Shown here: positions 1 to 13,462 of the stretch, piece after piece
Numbering within the stretch: the first letter of the stretch is position 1
Layout of the letters: every line of letters begins with the position of its first letter
Notes under the pieces: model-generated
Database searches by the model: none
Seen by the model: only the letters and a program-made list of their open reading frames with translations
Told to the model about the DNA's origin: nothing
Program-made: the position numbers and the translations under genes
NCBI GenBank assembly: GCA_951406725.2
Contig: OX597834.1
Coordinates: 38,688,001-38,752,000 of the forward strand
Origin: Octopus vulgaris
Lineage: Eukaryota
DNA: 64,000 bases
Direction: 5' to 3'

Positions 1-492
1 ATTGTGGTGGTGGTGGTGGTGTTAGTAGTAGTAGTAGTAATAATAGTGGTAGTAGTAATGGTGGTGGTGATGACGGTAGTTGTAGTAGTAGTAGTAGTAG
101 TAGTAGTAGTAATTGTGGTGGTGGTGGTGGTAGTAGTAGTAGTAGTAAATAATAGTGGTAGTAGTAATGGTGGTGGTGATGACGGTAGTTGTAGTAGTAG
201 TTGTAGTATTAGTAATTGTGGTGGTGGTTATGGTGGTGGTTGTGGTGGTAGTGTTAGTAGTTCTAATGATAGTGGTAGTAGTAATGGTAGTAGTGGTAGT
301 GATGATGACGGCAGTTGTTGTAGCAGTAGTAATATTAGTGGTGGTAGTGGTGGTGAGTGGCGGTAGTGTTAGTAGTTCTAATGATAGTGGTAGTAGTAAT
401 GGTGGTAGTGGTAGTGATGATGACGGCAGTTGTTGTAGCAGTAGTAGTAGTAGTAATATTGGTGGTGGTGATGATAGTAGTAGTGGTGGTGA

Positions 493-532
<40 letters not shown>

Positions 533-595
533 GGTGGTAGTAGTAGTAGTAGTAGTAGTTGTTGTTATTCTTATCATTGTTGTTGTTGTTGTTGT
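1..595. repeat. Compound (GTA/GTG/GTT)n trinucleotide low-complexity tract
   Basis: Direct reading; explains the poly-V/S/G/T ORFs. Confidence 0.95.
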
Positions 596-747
596 TAACA
601 AGCCAATAACGGCGTTTACACTGGTTTACACAGTTCCCTGTGGAACCAAGCAGTTCCTGAGATGCTAAAACACGGTAAACAGCAACAACAATAGCATCAG
701 CCGCAACAACAACAACAACAACTCAGTCGATACCAACAACAACAGCA

Positions 748-796
<49 letters not shown>

Positions 797-1104
797 ATAC
801 AGATTCGTCTGAGAATTCTTGTCTTGCATCCATGTTGTGGAAGATGAAAGGAATATTTTCAGTAAATTTATCTGGTTTAGATAAACAGAGAAATTACTTT
901 GAGAGCAGGTACAGCTAACAACAACAACAACAACAACAGCAGCAGCACCAGCAGTAGCAGCAACAACAACAACAAAAATATCAATGACAGGAACGACAAC
1001 AATAAAAACAAAAACGGTAACAACACTAACAACAGCAATAATAAACAACAACAAATGCAATAGTTACGTTTACAATAATAACCACAACAGCAATAACAAT
1101 GATA

Positions 1105-1335
1105 ATAATCCTTTCTGCTTCGGGCAGAAGACCGGGAATTTCGGGTTGGTGGGGGTAGTGGGGGTTAAGTCGGTTACATCGACCCCAGTGGGTAACTGGT
1201 ACTTACGTTATCGACCCCGAAAGGATGAAAGGCAAAGTCGACCTCAGCGGAATTTGAACTCAGAACGTAAAGAGACGGACATAAATGCCGCTAAACGGTT
1301 TTGTCTCTTGCGTGGTAACGATTCTGCAGGGCCAG
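1105..1335 (-). mobile_element. SINE family A (tRNA-like head), diverged copy
   Basis: Shares the family core CGACCCCGAAAGGATGAAAGGCAAAGTCGACCTCxGCGGAATTTGAACTCAGAACGTA with many copies in the window; B-box-like GTTCAAATTCC on the minus strand. Confidence 0.85.
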
Positions 1336-1390
1336 CAATTTCGGAGGAACGGGGTAAGTCTTTATAACAACAACAAAAAGAAAGAGGATA

Positions 1391-1391
1391 G

Positions 1392-1464
<73 letters not shown>

Positions 1465-1557
1465 GAAGAAGAAGAAGAGGAAACGGAGGATTATGATAAT
1501 GATGAAGAGGAAAAGAGGAAGCGGAGGATAATGATGATGATGATGATGATGATGATG
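1391..1557. repeat. (GAT)n/(GAA)n microsatellite
   Basis: Direct reading. Confidence 0.95.
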
Positions 1558-1706
1558 CCCATCCTCCACGTGCTACTGATCGAAAATCTGGATGCAGATG
1601 AACAAACGGGATGCAAATAATAAAACAAGCACATTGTGAGTTAGTCATGCAGCAGAAACATATGTCGGACAGAGATTTAGATTAAATATGTCGTAAAATT
1701 ACTGCA

Positions 1707-1745
<39 letters not shown>

Positions 1746-1750
<5 letters not shown>

Positions 1751-3029
1751 AGTCATCCCATAAGTTCTCTCCGAATTTTGAATAACGAAAACAAGCGATC
1801 AAATGTTATATTTAATTGGAATTTAATCATCAATGTACTTTCCCTGATTATCTATGACTTCCTTCCATTTATTTACAAGCTTTTTAATCCCATCAATGTA
1901 AAACTCTTTTGGTTTCAAAGCGAAGAGCTCTGAATTGTCAGTTTCGACCTCATCTTATCTTGTGAAAGTTATGTCCCCCAAATGATTCTGTAACCTACGA
2001 AACAAATGGTAGTCTGAAGGAGCAAGGTCGAGAACATAAGGTAGACGAGGAATTTTTTCCCAACCAAGCTCTTCGATCTTCTGTGATGTGATCTTCGCAT
2101 TGTGGGTCGCGCATTGTCCTGATGAAACATCACTCCTTTTCGATTCACTAAAGCAGGTCTTTTTTCTTCAAAGCTTGGTTCAAACGCTCTAATTGCTGAT
2201 AGTAGACTTGAGCATTGATTGTTGCATTAGGTGGTAACAATTCAAAGTGAATTACTCCTTTGCAATCCCACCTGATAAAGAAAAGAACCTTTTTCCCATG
2301 AAGTTCCCTTCTCGGTTGTGGTTGAGCTTTTCCCCTTTTACCAAGCCACTTTTTACGACGTTTAACATTTCGATAGAAGATCCAATTTTTGTCACCAGTC
2401 ACAAGTCTATCAAAAAAGGGTGAAATGAGTTCGCGAGAATGGAGAGAAGAGCAGATGTCAACTCGAGATTTGCGGTTGCTTTCGGACAATTCATGAGGGC
2501 CCCATTTTCCAAGTTTAGGAACCTTTCCAAGTTGTTGAAGATGACGATGAACAGTTGTATGGTTTGAACTAAGCTTTATTGCCAATTCTTCAACTGATAA
2601 TGCAGGATTTTCTTCAAGTATGCCTCAAGGACCTTATCATCAAACTCAACTGGACGTCCTGTTCGATCTTCATCTTAAAGGCTGAAATCTCCACTTCTGA
2701 ATTTTGCAAACCATCTTCTGCAAGTTCTTTCATTCAAGCATTCTTTCCCATAAACTGAGTGTATGTTTTGAGTCGCTTCGGCTGCAGAGTTTCCTTTTTG
2801 TACTCATAAAGCATTATGTGCCTCAAATGCTCTTTGGATATTTCCATGTTGGAAAGGGTTTTAATCAAAGAAATTTTATTTCTGGTATTTTATAATATTT
2901 TATTAGTTTAAATGTACATAAATACATAAAAATAATTTTTAATTCCATTAGACATTCTAAAATACTATTAAATTTCATTCGATTTCAAAAAAGGTGAAAT
3001 CAGGCAGAACTTATGGGGACGACCTGATA
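1746..3029 (-). mobile_element. Full-length degenerate mariner DNA transposon (~1.28 kb)
   Basis: Left end TA-TCAAGTCATCCCATAAGTTCTCTCCG matches the reverse complement of the right end (TA-TCAGGTCGTCCCCATAAGTTCTGCCTG); TA flanks on both sides; transposase inside. Confidence 0.93.
1823..2847 (-). pseudogene. Mariner DD34D transposase pseudogene
   Basis: Reads MEISKEHLRHIMLYEY...RRWFAKFRSGDFSL*DEDRTGRP...KWGPHEL...VTGDKNW...HQDNARP...PYVLDLAPSDYHLF; has stops and frameshifts; D34D spacing is restored by one indel. Confidence 0.92.
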
Positions 3030-3235
3030 TAACGTTGATAACGAAGAGAAAACTAGGGATTTTATTCACATCCGAAAACCTTTTTTTTAAATGTTTTCTG
3101 CTGCATGAACATCTGACCTACATAAGATTCAACTGCAACGACTCTACATTGCTTTGGATGCAATTATATATTCTAGTCGTTGCAATTTCATCAAGGGTCC
3201 ATCACTCACGGAACCATGTGGTTGGGAAGCATGCT

Positions 3236-3642
3236 TCTTATTTCGTTATTGCCCACAAGGGGCTAAAGATAGGGGGACATACAAAGGGATTAAGTCGATT
3301 ACATCGACCCCAGTACGTAACTGGTACTTAATTTATCGACCCCCAAAAGGATGAAGGGCAAAGTCGACTTCGGCGGAATTCGAACTCAGAAAATAGCGGC
3401 AGACGAAATACCTATTTCTTTAATACCCACAAGGGGCCAAACACAAAGAGGACAAACAAGGACAGACAAACGGATTAAGTCGAATATACCGATCCCACTG
3501 CGTAACTGGTACTTAAATTATCGTCCCCGAAAGGATGAAGGGCAAAGTCGACCTCAGCGGAATTTGAACTCAGAACGTAACGGCCGACAAATACCGCTAA
3601 GCATTTCGCCCGGCGTGCTAACGTTTCTGCCAGCTCACCGCA
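3236..3642 (-). mobile_element. SINE family A, head-to-tail dimer
   Basis: Two tandem cores joined at AGACGAAATAC|CTATTTCTTTA (~3411). Confidence 0.9.
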
Positions 3643-4119
3643 TATAAAGTGCATGCGTGGCTGTGTGCTAAAGAAGCATGCTTCTTAGCACACAGCCGCG
3701 CATGCACCTTACACACTGGAGGTAATAGTGCGTGCGTGCGTGCTTATGTATGTTTACATGGGTTATATGAACTATTAAGCAAACAAACGAATCGCTGAAA
3801 CGCTGATTTGAATTGGTATCTTCGCGTAGACATATGACCTTTAAAGCTTCCAGGTACTTTACATCTATTATTATATTTCCAAATAAGCAATTATTTAACT
3901 GAAACATTTCACAAATACTTATCTTGTATTTCCTTTATTTTCTAAATACTTTTCACAAAATGTTCGCTGGAACGTAGACTAACAGGGCATTATATTATCA
4001 TTTATAAGTTTTGGCTATTTTCATCGTCATAATTTTCCTACTTTATAATATTATTTCAAAGAAACGATATAACAGTAACCAATAAAGCTGGAATTTTTAT
4101 CTTGTTTTTTTTTTTTACA

Positions 4120-4350
4120 TTCTTTTACTTGCTTCAGTCATTTTACTGTGGCCATGCTGGAGCACACCACCTTGAAGGGTTTTAGTCGAATAATCGATAC
4201 CAACACTTATTTTCTAAGCCTAGTACTTATTTTATGCGTCACGTTTTGCCGAGCCGCTAGGTTACGGGAACGTAAGCACTCCACCACCGATTGTCAAGCT
4301 GTGATGGTAGGGACAAACACAAGTACAATGACACACAGATGTATACATAC
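4120..4350 (-). mobile_element. SINE family B, 3' half
   Basis: Reverse complement of the family-B tail (...GGTGCTCCAGCATGGCC...TGACTGAARCAAGTAAAAG). Confidence 0.8.
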
Positions 4351-4422
<72 letters not shown>

Positions 4423-4426
<4 letters not shown>

Positions 4427-4740
4427 CGGTGTCATTGAGGTAAGGAAAAAATTATCAACGACACCGCTAATTGACACATTCCACACATTATTAATTAGCA
4501 TAATAGCATAGCCAGTGAAATTTAGGGAAGTAATAACTTGTAATAAATTTTTTAGTTTTAATAAAAGCAAATATTTTCTAAATCTAAATATTTTATTTGA
4601 AATTTTATCCTCAGCTGCAATATTTTAAGTAAAAATCTTTCTTTTTCTGTATTTTACCAGATGTAAATAACTTGTCTTGGACTTCCCAAGGTTTATAATC
4701 TTAAGAATATTATTTCTCTTGCTCGCATTTTTCCATGTAA
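4423..4740 (+). mobile_element. Internally deleted copy of the composite repeat/MITE at 51931-52872
   Basis: 4423-4513 matches 51931-52021; 4527-4740 matches 52641-52870. Confidence 0.85.
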
Positions 4741-4761
4741 TATTTAATATTTGGCCTTTTT

Positions 4762-5020
4762 AAGGCGGTGAGCCTGCAGAATCATTAACACGCCGGACTA
4801 AATGCATAACAGCATTTCTTCCGTCTGTACGTTCTGAGTTCAAATTCTGCCGAGGGTCGGTCGACTTTGTCTTTCATCCTTTCGAAGTCGGTAAAAGAAG
4901 TACTGAATGGTTGGAGCAACGTGAAATAAAGAGTCTTGCTCAAGGTCACACAGCGCCACCGGGAATCGAACTCACGACCGGTGAGCAGAATACCCTAACC
5001 ACTAAACCACGCATCTCCAC
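4762..5020. mobile_element. SINE A 5' part (+) followed by a tRNA-like SINE C head (-)
   Basis: GGCGGTGAGCCTGCAGAATCATTAAC...GTTCAAATTC on +; the minus strand of 4910-5020 reads TGCGTGGTTTAGTGGTTAGGG...GAGTTCGATTCCC...CTTGAGCAAGAC. Confidence 0.75.
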
Positions 5021-5454
5021 AGTTGGTTTTCAAACGCTTCATATTTAACTTAATTCTATTCTCAAGATTTAATTCTGATTCGCTGAAGCCTTTTTTTCCC
5101 CCCTGTATCCCAATTAATCAGTACCAAACCAAGTATAGGAATCTTAGTACACATTTTCTTATGCTTTACTAACATTTCCTTCCTAAATTTTAATCCATAT
5201 TTTCATATCTGTTCATCTTTCATTATTTAGCTTTTATACCAAAATATTCATTATCACGCAATTTCCTTTTAACTGATATCTTATGTTTACTCTATGGTCT
5301 CTTATAGTTACCCGCTCTATTGTTCTGACGCCTACCAAGATTTTCTCAATAATAAATTACGCAGTATTGTCATTCACATTATCAGCTTTACACTAACTTG
5401 CAACGGTTAATGTTATTTTAAGAAACGTGTCACTTCTTTGCACGTATAACCAAC

Positions 5455-5492
<38 letters not shown>

Positions 5493-5869
5493 TATCGATT
5501 AACAGGTATAATTTTATCTAATATGAGGATTTCTATGTTGTCTTTTGAGAATACGTATACATACATGTAGTGATATTTTTTTTTATTGAAATATGTATAC
5601 CCTTGTACATATACACACGCATGCACACATACGTGCATATATACATACATATATGCATATATCCACGCGCATTACATACACGCATTACATACACTCGCTA
5701 TATATTGTATATGTGTAAAAAAAATGTAAGTATATATTCTGTATATACACATATACAAATACTTTTATATGCAAATATATATTTATATAAATGTGTGTGT
5801 ATGTGTGTGTGTATACATATGTGTATATACAAATATATATGCAAATATATATTTATATAAATATGAGTG

Positions 5870-5927
<58 letters not shown>

Positions 5928-6004
5928 TTTACATGTATAAAACATATACACGTACTTATACGCTTATGAGCGCACACACTCACACACATACACACACACA
6001 CACA

Positions 6005-6116
<112 letters not shown>

Positions 6117-6309
6117 AGTAGACAGACAGACAAGCAGGCAGACAGGTAGACAGAGATATTCCAATATATTTTCCACATTCAGATATTTGTGTTTGCCGCT
6201 CACCACACTCAATAGTTTTAGTTAAACTGAATACTTAGTTGTATGTTATGGGTTTTGTGCACAAAACAAACAGATGTATTAGTATAACGATCAGGAATAA
6301 AAAAAAAGT

Positions 6310-6345
6310 CTTTTACGTTTCGAGCCTACGCTCTTCTACAGAAAG
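6310..6345 (-). ncRNA. Compact hammerhead-like motif (non-canonical core) in a short dispersed repeat (~6260-6402)
   Basis: Minus strand: CUUU-CUGUAGAA-GAGC(GUAG)GCUC-GAAA-CG-UA-AAAG; near-identical copy at 25459-25494. Confidence 0.5.
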
Positions 6346-6486
6346 GGACACAGCGAAAAAAAAACAAAGAGAGAAAAAAATGTGTGTAGTGGCTACCGAT
6401 CTTCCTGTTTTTCTCGCCCTCTTTCTCTCTCTCTCCCTCTCTCTCTCTCTCTCTCGCCCTCTTTCTCTCTCTTTCACTCTCACTCG

Positions 6487-6525
<39 letters not shown>

Positions 6526-6682
6526 TCTATCTTGTTTGTATCGCCTACGGCCGTTACTGGTAACACCAAGTTCATTTCTGATATTTTTGTTATAAAACAG
6601 TGCTTTTCGTTTGTTTACTTAGATTGTGTAAAAGATTTTACCTTTCATAAACTCACTTGAACTACATAGAATCTTCCGTATG

Positions 6683-7114
6683 CGGCAGACGAAATACCTA
6701 TTTCTTTACTACCCACAAGGGGCTAAACACAGAGAGGACAAACAAGGACAGACAAACGAATTAAGTTGATTATATCGACCCCAGTGCGTAACTGGTACTT
6801 ATTTAATCGACCCCGAAAGGATGAAAAGCAAAGTCGACCTCGGCGGAATTTGAACACAGAACGTAAAGACAGACGAAATACCTATTTCTTTACTACCCAC
6901 AAGGGGCTAAACACAGAGAGGACAAACAAGGACAGACAAACGGATTAAGTCGATTATATCGACCCCAGTGCGTTATTGGTACTTATTTAATCGACCCCGA
7001 AAGGGATAAAAGGCAAAGTCGACCTCGGTGGAATTTGAACTCAGAACGCAGCGGCGGGCGAAATACCGCAAAGCATTTCGCCCGGCGTGCTAACGTTTCT
7101 GCCAGCTCGCCGCC
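6683..7114 (-). mobile_element. SINE family A multimer (full unit, one headless unit, start of a third)
   Basis: Junction AGACGAAATAC|CTATTTCTTTACTACCCAC at ~6697 and ~6881; period ~184 bp. Confidence 0.92.
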
Positions 7115-7568
7115 CTAAATTGAAAGATATTAACTATTTTAAAATAGGATAATCTCTTGACATTATGTTAATACAGATCTCTATCAACCTTACAATAGCT
7201 GGTTTTCTCAGTTGCCTCAAATAATTTCCGGATATTTTCGTATGATGATAGACCGTTACAAATCCCACGCTTTCAACATAGACACATCATTTTTCGCCTA
7301 ACGTTCATCCTTTATTTGTTTTTATCTAATTTTTTCTCCAGTTTTTATTTTTGTCTTTTTATCAAATATTGAACATAATCTCATTTCGATCAATTCAATT
7401 GGGATTTCGAATTCCTTTATCGATAATGATAATGCATCGACTTTGTTGACCCTTAGATCCCTTTAAAAGATATGTGTGGGCGTATGTGTGTATAAGGGTC
7501 TTGTGTGTATGTGTTTACACATAGATACACACTCACACGCACAACGACATACATATATACATACATAC

Positions 7569-7604
<36 letters not shown>

Positions 7605-7665
7605 TTTATATATATATATATATTTGATAAATTATATATATATTATATATATATATATATATATT

Positions 7666-7725
<60 letters not shown>

Positions 7726-7728
7726 ATA

Positions 7729-7777
<49 letters not shown>

Positions 7778-7790
7778 TATATATATATAT

Positions 7791-7839
<49 letters not shown>

Positions 7840-10057
7840 GCAAACTAGTTAAGAAAGTCTCTATTAGAGATGAAATCTAATGCTTATCGCCACCTAAACG
7901 CGCGTGTTCTTTAAGAAGTGACAATACTGCTATTTTAGCCTCAGGAGGACGCCTCCTTCAGCTGGTTATTCAGTGCACTTCGCACTCGATAAATATACTG
8001 CAAGCGGAGAGAGAAACGCCTACTGTTCTGTCTCAAAGACCACCATATCTCGTTATTTCGATCTTATATAGATCATCTACGGTAATGGATATTCGTTTGC
8101 TAGACATAACAGTAGTTTAATCCAGCTTGAAATATGCATAAGAACCAATGTCATACAATCACTGGTTTTTGCAACCAGCAAACTAATGTGTGTGTGTATG
8201 TGTGTGTACGAGTGAGGGGATAAATGAAAGGAAAAGGTACTCAACGCATTTTGTAGGAGTTGGATATATTATAATTTAAAGCAGTTTGATTCGGTTCCAC
8301 GCGACCTAAAGTTTCCTGGGCTTCTTTACGGAACCCTAGGCTCAAATCACCAAATTAAATTCGATAATCTGAGCCTAAGCGAGCAAGGTTTCTATAAGAA
8401 GACTACGAAAGTTTAAGTCACAGGGAGCCGAATCGAGCTGTTTTAAATAACAACAATAATAATGATAATACTGATGACGATAATGACGATGATGATGATA
8501 GTAATTCACTCACACACGCGCGCCACACAGACATATGTCTATTCTAGCCTAGTGATTCCAGAACACCCATGGAGTAGTTATCCCTCTCCCTCTCCCTCTC
8601 TATGCCCAGCAATACAATTTATCGTTTCACCATCCAAATATATCTGACTAGTTAAAGACGATAATATTGGTTTCAAATTTCGGCACAAGGCCAGCAGTTT
8701 CGGGGCAGGCAGGTAAATCAAATTACAACGACCCCAGTACTCAAGTGATATTTATTTCATCGACCCCCGAAAGGAGGAAAGTCAAAGATAATCGTGTTTA
8801 CAATTAAAATGTTAGAATATAACATGAGTCTTGTGACATTAATGACTGAAGGTTTTTTTTCCAGAATTGGTTTTCGTAAAAGTATAACGTATAACATAAG
8901 CCTTTCCCGATTTTGAACAAAAGTTAGGCACTATAAAATCTAGCAAACACTTCCATTGCTATTTCTTAAGAAAATTCCAACGAAGAACTGCTTGAAATGT
9001 TGTAGCTGTTTAATAATGTACTTACCATGCAACGATTGATTGGAGCATGACATAAAACAACAGCAGTCATTTAATCATCAAACTTAAAACACCACCAATA
9101 CCAACCGTTTCTTTTGATTATGTATGTGTTATACACAAAGTAGTACTGAATGTATGAAGAATAACATGGGTTTTCACTCGTGAATGCACGAGCCGAGCAA
9201 CTTTTCTGAGCATGTCAATTATTAGATAAATGTGTGATGTAATTTTATTGCTTTTGTTGTTTTTTAAGGGAGGAAGGCAACGAATCAAATCTCTCTGTGC
9301 TGGTGACTAATCATATTTCGATGTGTTTGCGAATACTTTTTTCCTTATAAGTTGTGCTGTTGCTCTACTTCAATCGTTTGGAATAATCGTTACATGGAAC
9401 TCAAAGTTACTCTTCAAGAAACACACACACACACACACACACACATAAATATATAACAATGTTGTGTAGCAACACATATGTATACGTGTATATACATATA
9501 TATACATATACACGCGCATGCATAGGTATGTTGTTGCACAACGTTAATTATACATTTATATAGCTACAAGCGACGGATCTTTACTGCATCTACGCCATCT
9601 TTTAGAATGTTGATCTTCTCCATACGAACACATACAGACCTCCGCGCAGTTCACACACATCTACACACAGACAGACACGCATTGCCTACATACACATAGA
9701 CAATCACGACATCACACTCGACATACAGGCCGTCACGCAACCTCAGTCAAACCATCCCTCGCACTTACATACAAACCACTACACACACAAACACACACAC
9801 ACACACATTTATATATATATATAGACACACATTTTGGAGTTGTGTAAGTATGCTACAATTTATTGAAGAAGACAGAAACAGTTCCAAGACGGTGTCCATA
9901 TTTGAACACGTGGCAAGTTATATAATCTACAAAGAGGTGAATGCACCAACCAGCTTTAAGTTGTCGGCAAAGATCAAAGGAACAGAGAATTGTACCGCGA
10001 TTAAATGGAATGTCTATCTAGAAGACTGCTTTAGGTTCATTTTCAATTCTACTTTGG

Positions 10058-10094
<37 letters not shown>

Positions 10095-10363
10095 CCTCTC
10101 TTTCTCTCTCTCCCTCTCTCTTTCTCTCTCTCTCTCTCTCTCTTTATACACATACATGCATACATACATAAAAACATATATACCAAGACAGCTATTTAAC
10201 ACAAAAATACGACACGCACAAAACCCACACATTTATACATCAAACTAACCAACTACTTTGTATGTATGTATATATGTATGTATGTATGATTTTATTACGT
10301 ATGTATTATGTATGTACGAACGTACGTACGTACTACATATGTACGTTTCTATGTAGGTATGTT

Positions 10364-10412
<49 letters not shown>

Positions 10413-10436
10413 GTATATACATATATATATACATAT

Positions 10437-10489
<53 letters not shown>

Positions 10490-10506
10490 TAGATAGATAG
10501 ATATAT

Positions 10507-10549
<43 letters not shown>

Positions 10550-10930
10550 TGACAGACAGGCAGAACCTACCGACCGACCGACCAATCTTCCCATCTTATA
10601 TCTTGCTTTCTAATAATTCTTTTATATCAAACAACATATCTTACAATCTATCTTTATAACTAACATTGATATTTATAATCTAACATTTCTGTATTATGGT
10701 TAAATTAAATCTACATCATAACAATCTTAAATCGATCTTACACATGTCTTATATCTGTCTAATACGTATACTTACATCTAAATATTTTCTATGTGCGTGT
10801 ATGTGGCTATGTTTATGTGTATATATATATGAACACACACATATGTATGTATGTGTAATATGCATATATATATATATATAAATTTGTGTATCTAAACGCC
10901 TGCTCCTTTATATTTTGTTGTCTACATCCA

Positions 10931-10981
<51 letters not shown>

Positions 10982-11097
10982 GTACACACACATATGTATG
11001 CATGTGTGTGTGTGTAATATGCATATATTTATATATATATACATTCGTGTATCTAAACGCCTGTTCCTTTATATTTTGTTATCTATGTACATCCTCT

Positions 11098-11144
<47 letters not shown>

Positions 11145-11299
11145 GTACGTATGTATGTATGTGTATATATTTTTGTATGTATGTATGTATGTATGTATGT
11201 ATGTATGTATGTATGTATGTATGTGTGTGTGTATGTAGCTATAACTTTGTGCTTTTGAGTGCGTGCGTGTGTGTGTGTGTGTGTGTGTGTGACGCTGTG

Positions 11300-11388
11300 C
11301 ATTCTTCACCTAGACTCAAAACCCAGTACTGTAACAGCCTGGCTTTCAAGGGTCCACAACTATTCAACATTCTGCCAAATAATCGGAG
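11300..11388 (+). pseudogene. CR1-like LINE ORF2 C-terminal fragment
   Basis: SPRLKTQYCNSLAFKGPQLFNILP; a homologous segment (CNRLGFKGP) lies in the 27.5-28.0 kb fragment. Confidence 0.6.
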
Positions 11389-11654
11389 GTGTCTTCAGCT
11401 CTGGTGTTGGGTGCGTGTCTTCCCTCTTCTTTCTTCTGTTCCCTGGCCTCTTCGATGTAGCGTCAACGAGTGTCAGCGGGCGACTGACTGTCTTGTCAAA
11501 TTTCCCTTTAAATACCCGCTGCTAGGCTCCAGCAGGCAGCCCCAGCAAGTTGTCACGTGACACTGTCCCAACTTTAACTGACCAATGAAGGCGCGTAGTC
11601 TTCATTGGTCAGCTAAACCCCAGTTAAGGTGGGGTTTAACGGAGGGGAAGAATT

Positions 11655-12080
11655 CAAATTGGTTTCAAATGTTGGACCAAGACCAGCAACTTTTAGTGGT
11701 GGCCATGGATTTAACGATAACAGCGACCCCAGTATTTGACTGGTACCTATTTTATCGACCTCGAAAGAATGAAAGGCAAAGTCGACCTTAGAGGAATTTG
11801 AACTCAGAATATAAAATGCCGGAAGAAATGTTGCTAAGCATTTTGTCCGATAAGCTAATGATTCTACCATCTGACTGCCTTGAGGTTTATACTGGTTTCA
11901 AATTTTAGCACAAGACCAGCAATTTCAGAAGGGGGGACTAATCGACCCTAGTTTTCAACTGGTATTTATTTTATCGATCCTGAGCTGGATGAACGGCAAA
12001 GTCGACCTCGGTGAACTTTGAACTCAGAACGTAAAGGAAGAAATATAGCTAAGCATCGAACAAATCTACCAGCTCACCAT
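11655..12080 (-). mobile_element. Two adjacent diverged SINE A copies
   Basis: Two GGTTTCAAATxTT...GAAxGGCAAAGTCGACCT...GAACTCAGAA blocks. Confidence 0.8.
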
Positions 12081-12901
12081 TTTGGGAAAAATTGATATTA
12101 GAACTCTGAAATGTTTGGCAATTCTAAGATGTATGCAAAATTGAGTAGTGTATAAATAGAGGAAGCAGAATATATTAGAGTAATGTTGAGAATTACATTC
12201 ATCTAGAATATCTTCAACATAAAATTAGGTGGGAGTAAAAGAAAAAATAAGTTTGAGATAATGTAAATGAGTGCAGTAAGAAGTCAGTATTAATAATATG
12301 GTATTAAATATTGGAGGTTTCTGAGATGGCAGTAAAAGAAAATATTAAAATGGTCAAAGAAAGTGAAATAACGGGGTGTGACGGGGAAAAAAATATTATG
12401 AAGAAAACATATGAAGAAAAATACATAAATTATAGTAAAATGCGGGGTGGGTAGAGAGACTTGTTCAAATGTTGGAACCGTACTGACAATAGAATATGGC
12501 AAAAAAAAAAAAAAAAGGGAAATGTATTACTCTTAGAAGACTGGCTGTCTGGGTGTGTGGTAGGAATTGGGGTGGAAGTTAAAGAAATGAGAAGGTAATT
12601 AGGAAGACTGAGAGTGTGTGGAATATGAAGGGAGTTTTGACGAAAATTAAATATGAATAAATATAAATAAATTAGAGTGAAATAAGGTGAGAGCAAAAAG
12701 ATGTTTCAATATTACGTATCGAAATGAAATGGCAACGAGATGAGACGAAGATAATGAAGAACTGCACTGATGGAGATTGGAAAATGAGATCAGGTGAATT
12801 AGTAAGGAAAGAGATCGGAGGAAAAAAGGTAATATGAGTATTATAGGAAGTATGAGCCTATATGAAGAGGAAAGTGAAGATGCGTGGCTTAGTGGTTAAG
12901 G

Positions 12902-13462
12902 CAGAGTTTTTCAACCTTTTTACCCTTGCATAACCCTTAAAATAAATTACATGTCTCAAGGAACCTCTGCACACAAAAAAATGATATACCATATTTTTCT
13001 CATATTTTTTCATCGTAGTTCACGTGGTAAATGTCATATATATGTGTGTGTGTGGAGGTGCAATGGCCCAGTGGTTAAGGCAGCGGACTCGCGGTCGTAG
13101 GATCGCGGTTTCGATTCCCAGACCGGGCGTTGTGAGTGTTTATTGAGCAAAAGCACCTAAAAGCTCCACGAGGCTCCGGCGGGGGGGGGGGACAGTGGCG
13201 ATCTCTGCTGTACTCTTTCTCCACAACTTTCTCTCACTCTTTCTTCTGTTGACCAGCTCGCTTAGCCAGCGAGGTTGCGTCATTTGAAGGCTAAAACAAT
13301 GCGAAGCGCATTGTGACCAGCAACATCTGATAGCCTGGTCGGTCATGTGATCACGTGATATATATATTGAAATTAGCATCAGCTATCTCACTCCTTCTCG
13401 CGGGATCCTTAGGAAACTTTTGCAGAACCCTAGGGTTCCGGGAAACCCCGATTGAGAAACGC
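12902..13462. mobile_element. hAT-like MITE, interrupted by a SINE and inserted in another SINE head
   Basis: Ends CAGAGTTTTTCAACC and GATTGAGAAACGC resemble imperfect hAT-type TIRs; no target-site duplication seen. Confidence 0.55.
13054..13358 (+). mobile_element. SINE family C (tRNA-derived)
   Basis: A-box TGGCCCAGTGG, B-box-like GGTTTCGATTCC; tail GCGCATTGTGAC...GTGATCACGTG shared with 15655-15940. Confidence 0.85.

Noticed and set aside
6683-7114. Regularly spaced repeats suggestive of a CRISPR array
   Set aside because: Whole ~184 bp units repeat with no unique spacers; eukaryotic SINE multimer.
12100-12870. Purine-skewed stretch, possibly an old LINE on the minus strand
   Set aside because: No diagnostic protein motif recoverable by eye.
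13054-13130. tRNA-like sequences here and at 15655, 53132 and 61610-61682
   Set aside because: A/B boxes are present but I see no complete cloverleaf, and each continues into a repeated SINE body.
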